Shown here: one piece after another, positions 60,256-64,000 of the stretch
How the letters are laid out: each line of letters starts with the position of its first letter
Numbering within the stretch: the first letter of the stretch is position 1
Assembly: GCA_963770995.1 (NCBI GenBank)
Contig: CAVYRS010000001.1
Coordinates: 502,815 to 566,814, forward strand
Direction: 5' to 3'
Source of the DNA: an uncultured Acidobacteriota bacterium
GTDB lineage: Bacteria; Acidobacteriota; Vicinamibacteria; Vicinamibacterales; CAVVIG01
Length of the DNA: 64,000 nt
Position numbers and translations under genes: made by a program
Notes under the pieces: generated by a model
What the model saw: the letters and a program-made list of their open reading frames with translations, nothing else
What the model was told of the DNA's origin: nothing
Databases searched by the model: none

Positions 60256-63207
60256 CTACCAGCGAACCCCCGTCCCGATCCCGATGATGCGCCCCTGCAC
60301 GATGCTGTTGGGGCGCAGGTAAGTCGCCGCCAGGACGTTGGTCGACACGTAGCTCACGACCGCATCCGAGTTGTTCAGGTTGAAGATCTCGAGCGTCGGG
60401 AGAATCGTCACGCGACCCGCTTTAAACGTCTTCGAGATCTTCAGGTCGAGCTGATTGATCCGCTCCGTGTACGTCGTGTCCTGATCGACGAGTTGCACGG
60501 TCAGCGTCGCCGGCTGGAACGTCGCCGGCAGGATGAACGCGCCGGCCGGGCAGGGCGCCGGGCAGTTGGCCGGATACCGCGTCGAGTTCCGCGTGATCGC
60601 CATGTTCATGCTGCTCGTGCTGCCCTGGACGTTCTGGAACGAGGCGCTGATGGTTACGCCGTAGGGCAGCGGATACGACCCCGCCAGCTTGAACTGCCTC
60701 CGGAATGGAAGCCCGTTCTCGCGGTCATCACAGAAACGCAGGGTGTTGGGATTGTCGGGCGCCGTGCAGGTGACGTCCTGCTGCCGCTCGAAGGTGAACC
60801 CGCCGAACAGATTCGAGCCGCGCCCCGGCCGCGCGCGGAACTCCATCGAGTACGCGTTGTAGATCCGCTTGCGGTCCGGATCGAATGTGTCGAGGTTCAA
60901 CGTGGGAGCCGCGGCCGCCGCAGCCGTCCGGCCGTACACCGTAATCGGCTCGCCGGTCAGCGGGTTGAACACGGCAAAGGGAGTGTAGTTCGGGTTCTGG
61001 ACCGGATCGCCGGTGGTCACCCAGCTCCGGTTGATGGTCGTCGTCAGGTTGTGGAAGCCGCCGTGGAACCAGCTGCCTGTTACGGAAAGCTGCGGCATCA
61101 CTTCATGCTGGAGCTCGAGGCCCTGCTCCACGTTCCAGGTCCGCGGATAGCCGCCGTACGTGTTCAGTGCCACGAACCCGAAATTCGACGGCAGCGCGCT
61201 GAAGTTGATCTCGCATCCAGGCAGGCCGTTCGTTCCGAAATTGCAGCCGCGGGTACCCTGCGCGATGTCGTCGCCGTTCACGTCGCGCCAGGCCAGAGCC
61301 GGCGACGTGGCCGTCGTGGCCCCGAGCGACCGGAGCCCGTTGTAATCCTCTGCGATACCGGTCGTCCGGGCGAGGTTGTATTTGTTGAGCGAGTACTTGA
61401 GCGCGGTCTTCGCGTTGCCGAACAGATCGTAGACAAGGCTCGAGCGAGGCGCCCAGTTCCGCCAGTTCGGCAGGTTTTCGATCCCCTCGAACCGCCGCTC
61501 GGGGACGAAACGGCCGGCCGCCGCGACGGCGGGGTCCACCTGCGCGTTGAGCGCCTCGTACCGGATCCCGGCGTTGATCGTCATCCGGTTCATCCGCCAC
61601 GAGTCCTGCGCGTAGATGCCGAGATCGTAGTTCAGACGTTCACCGTACGTGGAGAGCGGCGTGTTGCGTATGTAGACCGTATCAGGGACGGTGAAGGCCT
61701 TCCCCGTGCTGTTGCTTCGATACTGCTGCGTGAGATCGGCGTTCACGTCAACGGTGTGGTAGAACGTGCCCCACGTCCGCTGTACGCCTACCTTGAAGCT
61801 GTGCGATCCCGTGATGTAGGAGACCGACGCATTGACGGCGTACCGTATCGGACTTTGCGTGGTCTGCGTCGGCGCCGCGCCCTTGCGGCCGCCCAGGTCG
61901 AGCTCGACCCTCGGAGCGCCAGCGAACCACTCCGGCGTACCCCGCAAATGTCCGATCCCGGGCAGGTAGCTGTTCGTGTAGTTCTCGGTGTTGTTCGACC
62001 AGCCGGCTTCGAGCAGCAGGCGATTCGTGACTGGCGACTGCCACTTGGCCGACGCCGTGTGGTACGCCGGCGAGTACCAGACGGTTGCGGCCGTCTCGGG
62101 ATCGTACAGGGCCTGCATGTCGTGGCCGCGGAACTTGTCGACCTCGTCGAAGTAGGCCGAAAACTTGTTGCGGGGGCTGACCTGCCACGTCAGGCGGCCG
62201 TTGATGCTTTTGATGAACTGATCGTCGATGCCCTTGCTCCCGTCGTCGAAGAACGTGTCGGGAATGAAGTTGTTCACCGAGATGTAGCGGGCCGAGGTGA
62301 AGAACCACAACTTGTCCTTCTTGATAGGTCCGCCCTGCGCAAAGGTGTAGTCGACAATGCGATCCGTCGCGTTCCCGGTCGCCAGCCCCTTGTCCTTGTG
62401 CCGCTGCGTCAGGTTGTTGCCCTGCCACGTGCCGGGGCGATACGCCTGCTTGAAATCGCCGCTGAAGCGGTTGCCGCCTTCGCGGGGAATCATGTTCAGG
62501 CGCACGCCGCCTGCCTGGGTGTCCGCTCCGATACCGGAAGTCTGGTAGCTGACTTCCTGATTCATCGCGTCGTTGTAGTAGCTCTGGACCGCGCCGTCAG
62601 ACTGCAGACCGTTCACCATCATCCCGTCCACCAGGACCGTGGTGTTCGACGTCGTCATGCCGTGCGTCGACATGTAGGTCTGCTGCATCGCGCGCGCGCC
62701 GCCCGTATCGGGAAGGCTCAGACTGACTCCCACGATCAGCTGCCCGATCCCCTGGATGGTGCGCCCGGTCGGAATTGAATCGATCTGCTCGCGATTGAGC
62801 ACCTGCGTGTGGACAGCGGTCGTCACATCGACGATGGGCGATTGAGCGGAGACCGTCACCGACTCCTCGATCGCACCGACTTTCATGTCCGCGTTGATCG
62901 TGGCGGTGAATTCAGACGGCAGTACGACGTTCTCACGCCTGAAACTTTGGAACCCGACCAGCGTGAACGTCACCACGTAGGTGCCGGGCCGCAGGTCCAC
63001 GATCCGGTAAGCGCCCTGCCCATCGGTGATCACTTCGCGGCTCTTCTCGATGAGCACGTCGCTGGACGCTTCGACGCTCACGCCAGGCAGCACTGCTCCC
63101 GAGGTGTCCTTGGCGACGCCGACGATGGCGCTTTGGGCGTGCACGACGCCGGGCAACACCGCGAGCAGCAGCACCGCGAAGGGACATGCGAGTAGTCGTC
63201 TGCTCAT
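60256..63207 (-). CDS. TonB-dependent receptor-like outer-membrane barrel with CarboxypepD_reg domain (paralogue of 52295..55417)
   Basis: 983 aa. GVAKDTSGAVLPGVSVEASSDVLIEKSREVITDGQGAYRIVDLRPGTYVVTF. C-terminal ...GIGTGVRW. AGGAGGA upstream. Confidence 0.9.
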   Translation of the reverse strand: MSRRLLACPFAVLLLAVLPGVVHAQSAIVGVAKDTSGAVLPGVSVEASSDVLIEKSREVITDGQGAYRIVDLRPGTYVVTFTLVGFQSFRRENVVLPSEFTATINADMKVGAIEESVTVSAQSPIVDVTTAVHTQVLNREQIDSIPTGRTIQGIGQLIVGVSLSLPDTGGARAMQQTYMSTHGMTTSNTTVLVDGMMVNGLQSDGAVQSYYNDAMNQEVSYQTSGIGADTQAGGVRLNMIPREGGNRFSGDFKQAYRPGTWQGNNLTQRHKDKGLATGNATDRIVDYTFAQGGPIKKDKLWFFTSARYISVNNFIPDTFFDDGSKGIDDQFIKSINGRLTWQVSPRNKFSAYFDEVDKFRGHDMQALYDPETAATVWYSPAYHTASAKWQSPVTNRLLLEAGWSNNTENYTNSYLPGIGHLRGTPEWFAGAPRVELDLGGRKGAAPTQTTQSPIRYAVNASVSYITGSHSFKVGVQRTWGTFYHTVDVNADLTQQYRSNSTGKAFTVPDTVYIRNTPLSTYGERLNYDLGIYAQDSWRMNRMTINAGIRYEALNAQVDPAVAAAGRFVPERRFEGIENLPNWRNWAPRSSLVYDLFGNAKTALKYSLNKYNLARTTGIAEDYNGLRSLGATTATSPALAWRDVNGDDIAQGTRGCNFGTNGLPGCEINFSALPSNFGFVALNTYGGYPRTWNVEQGLELQHEVMPQLSVTGSWFHGGFHNLTTTINRSWVTTGDPVQNPNYTPFAVFNPLTGEPITVYGRTAAAAAAPTLNLDTFDPDRKRIYNAYSMEFRARPGRGSNLFGGFTFERQQDVTCTAPDNPNTLRFCDDRENGLPFRRQFKLAGSYPLPYGVTISASFQNVQGSTSSMNMAITRNSTRYPANCPAPCPAGAFILPATFQPATLTVQLVDQDTTYTERINQLDLKISKTFKAGRVTILPTLEIFNLNNSDAVVSYVSTNVLAATYLRPNSIVQGRIIGIGTGVRW

Positions 63208-63385
63208 TACCGCGTCCTCCTTGGAGTCACGAATGATGGAATTGCAAGCTACTCGATGACATCAAGCGACGAATGAAGACGAAGGCTTACGAAATGTGAC
63301 AAACACTACGCTTACGGTTTCCTACGGTCAAGGGAATTTGCCCGCGACGGACACACGGCTTGTCACCGACCGGAAATTTGGATTC

Positions 63386-63473
63386 CGTAGGTCCGCCTAA
63401 AGGCGGACCCCACGTATTGCGTTTCTGCGCGTTCGCGAAACGTACGTGGGGTCCGGCTTTAGCCGGACCTTCA
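63386..63473. repeat. pair of palindromic elements flanking a small CGTTTC...GAAACG hairpin; overlaps the stop codon of the PTE-like gene
   Basis: CGTAGGTCCGCCTAAAGGCGGACCCCACGTA (63386-63416), TTGCGTTTCTGCGCGTTCGCGAAACG, TACGTGGGGTCCGGCTTTAGCCGGACCTTCA (63443-63473). The TGA at 63473-63471 lies within the last copy. Confidence 0.85.
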
Positions 63474-64000
63474 GCCCCGTGGGACGAACGCGAGGAAGCG
63501 GCGGGAGTTGTCGACCAGGATGTGGCGGAGTGTGGCTTCGCTCACGCCCGCCTTGATCAGCATCGGACCAAAGACGGTGGCTGTCTGAGCAATGCCGGGG
63601 CCGCCGTTCTTTTTCAATGCACGGCCGGTGGCGAAGTCCGACGACAGCAAGAGGTGATCGACGTGGCCGGCTTCGAGAAACGCCAGAATCGTCGTCACTT
63701 TCTGCGCGTCCGGAACGATCGGGAGCGTCACTCGATCGAAACCGACGAAGACCCCGCGCCTGGCGAGCTGCTTGGGAATTTCGGCCTTCACATCGTCGAG
63801 GCAGCACACGTGGCCGATCGCGAGATGGCGCGGATCCGCGCCGGCCGATTCGAGCACGTCGAGTTGCTTGAGCGCGGTGTCCATGGGGATCGGCGTCGTA
63901 GCAGGACGAGTCCCGGTGTACGCGTTGTGCGTGAAAATCGGGATCCCCGTGCGCGCCTGCGCTTTGGCCACCGCCATGAACACCTTGCGCTCGTCGTCGG
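63471..64000 (-). CDS. partial CDS (N-terminus beyond window end): phosphotriesterase-family (PTE/PHP, amidohydrolase superfamily) protein
   Basis: ...GIPIFTHNAYTG...LAIGHVCCLDD...VFVGFDRV...GHVDHLLLSSDF... pattern. The frame is open to the window end. Confidence 0.7.
   Translation of the reverse strand, partial: DDERKVFMAVAKAQARTGIPIFTHNAYTGTRPATTPIPMDTALKQLDVLESAGADPRHLAIGHVCCLDDVKAEIPKQLARRGVFVGFDRVTLPIVPDAQKVTTILAFLEAGHVDHLLLSSDFATGRALKKNGGPGIAQTATVFGPMLIKAGVSEATLRHILVDNSRRFLAFVPRG

Noticed and set aside
1-64000. Mobile genetic element, prophage or genomic island boundaries (integrase, transposase, tRNA, att repeats)
   Set aside because: No such genes or RNA genes were recognisable on either strand. 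The gene stubs and pseudogenes are therefore not explained by any visible IS or phage element; only the short structured repeats are candidates.

Overview
High-GC (~68-70%) bacterial chromosomal segment. From gene content alone it looks like Acidobacteriota, possibly Vicinamibacteria-like: many CarboxypepD_reg/TonB-dependent barrels, Ser/Thr kinases, PP2C, FHA, PEGA, NHL and TPR proteins, and TIGR02999-type ECF sigma factors. I found no rRNA, tRNA, CRISPR array, transposase or integrase.

Main gene blocks:
- (a) 2.1-15.1 kb: two divergent PP2C-led operons. The + strand operon runs PP2C, STK, FHA, FHA, exported protein, a frameshifted STK-PEGA, TPR/NHL, PEGA/PDZ and Znf-UBP. Almost every gene in it is joined to the next by an ATGA/GTGA overlap.
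- (b) 15.1-20 kb: a cytochrome c / PQQ-dehydrogenase cluster. It includes a PQQ-ADH carrying the D-x-D lanthanide-type signature.
- (c) Four paralogues of an uncharacterised fusion of a c-type haem motif with a PHM/DBH-like copper monooxygenase. Their ORFs begin at about 23.6 kb (truncated copy) and 25.8, 50.1 and 55.5 kb. One sits next to a PAL-like NHL propeller and one next to a thioredoxin-like protein.
- (d) 37.1-43.3 kb: ECF sigma, Ser/Thr kinase (PD40 propeller) and TonB-dependent receptor, linked by overlapping codons.
- (e) Two more large TBDR paralogues that share leader motifs.

The most unusual signal is non-genic. Three families of short structured repeats occupy nearly every intergenic gap:
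- Hairpins whose arms are tandem 7-9 nt units (for example CACGAAG x3 paired with CTTCGTG x3). The two arms covary from locus to locus.
- GGTCCGGCTTTAGCCGGACC-type palindromes.
- A TGAGCYTGTCGAA direct-repeat element.

Several copies lie in frame inside ORFs, in signal peptides, loops and linkers. One palindrome disrupts a gene.

The window also shows localised gene decay. At least 8 frameshifts are confined to 4 genes, and there are several gene remnants.

All domain calls come from motif recognition by eye; I ran no searches.
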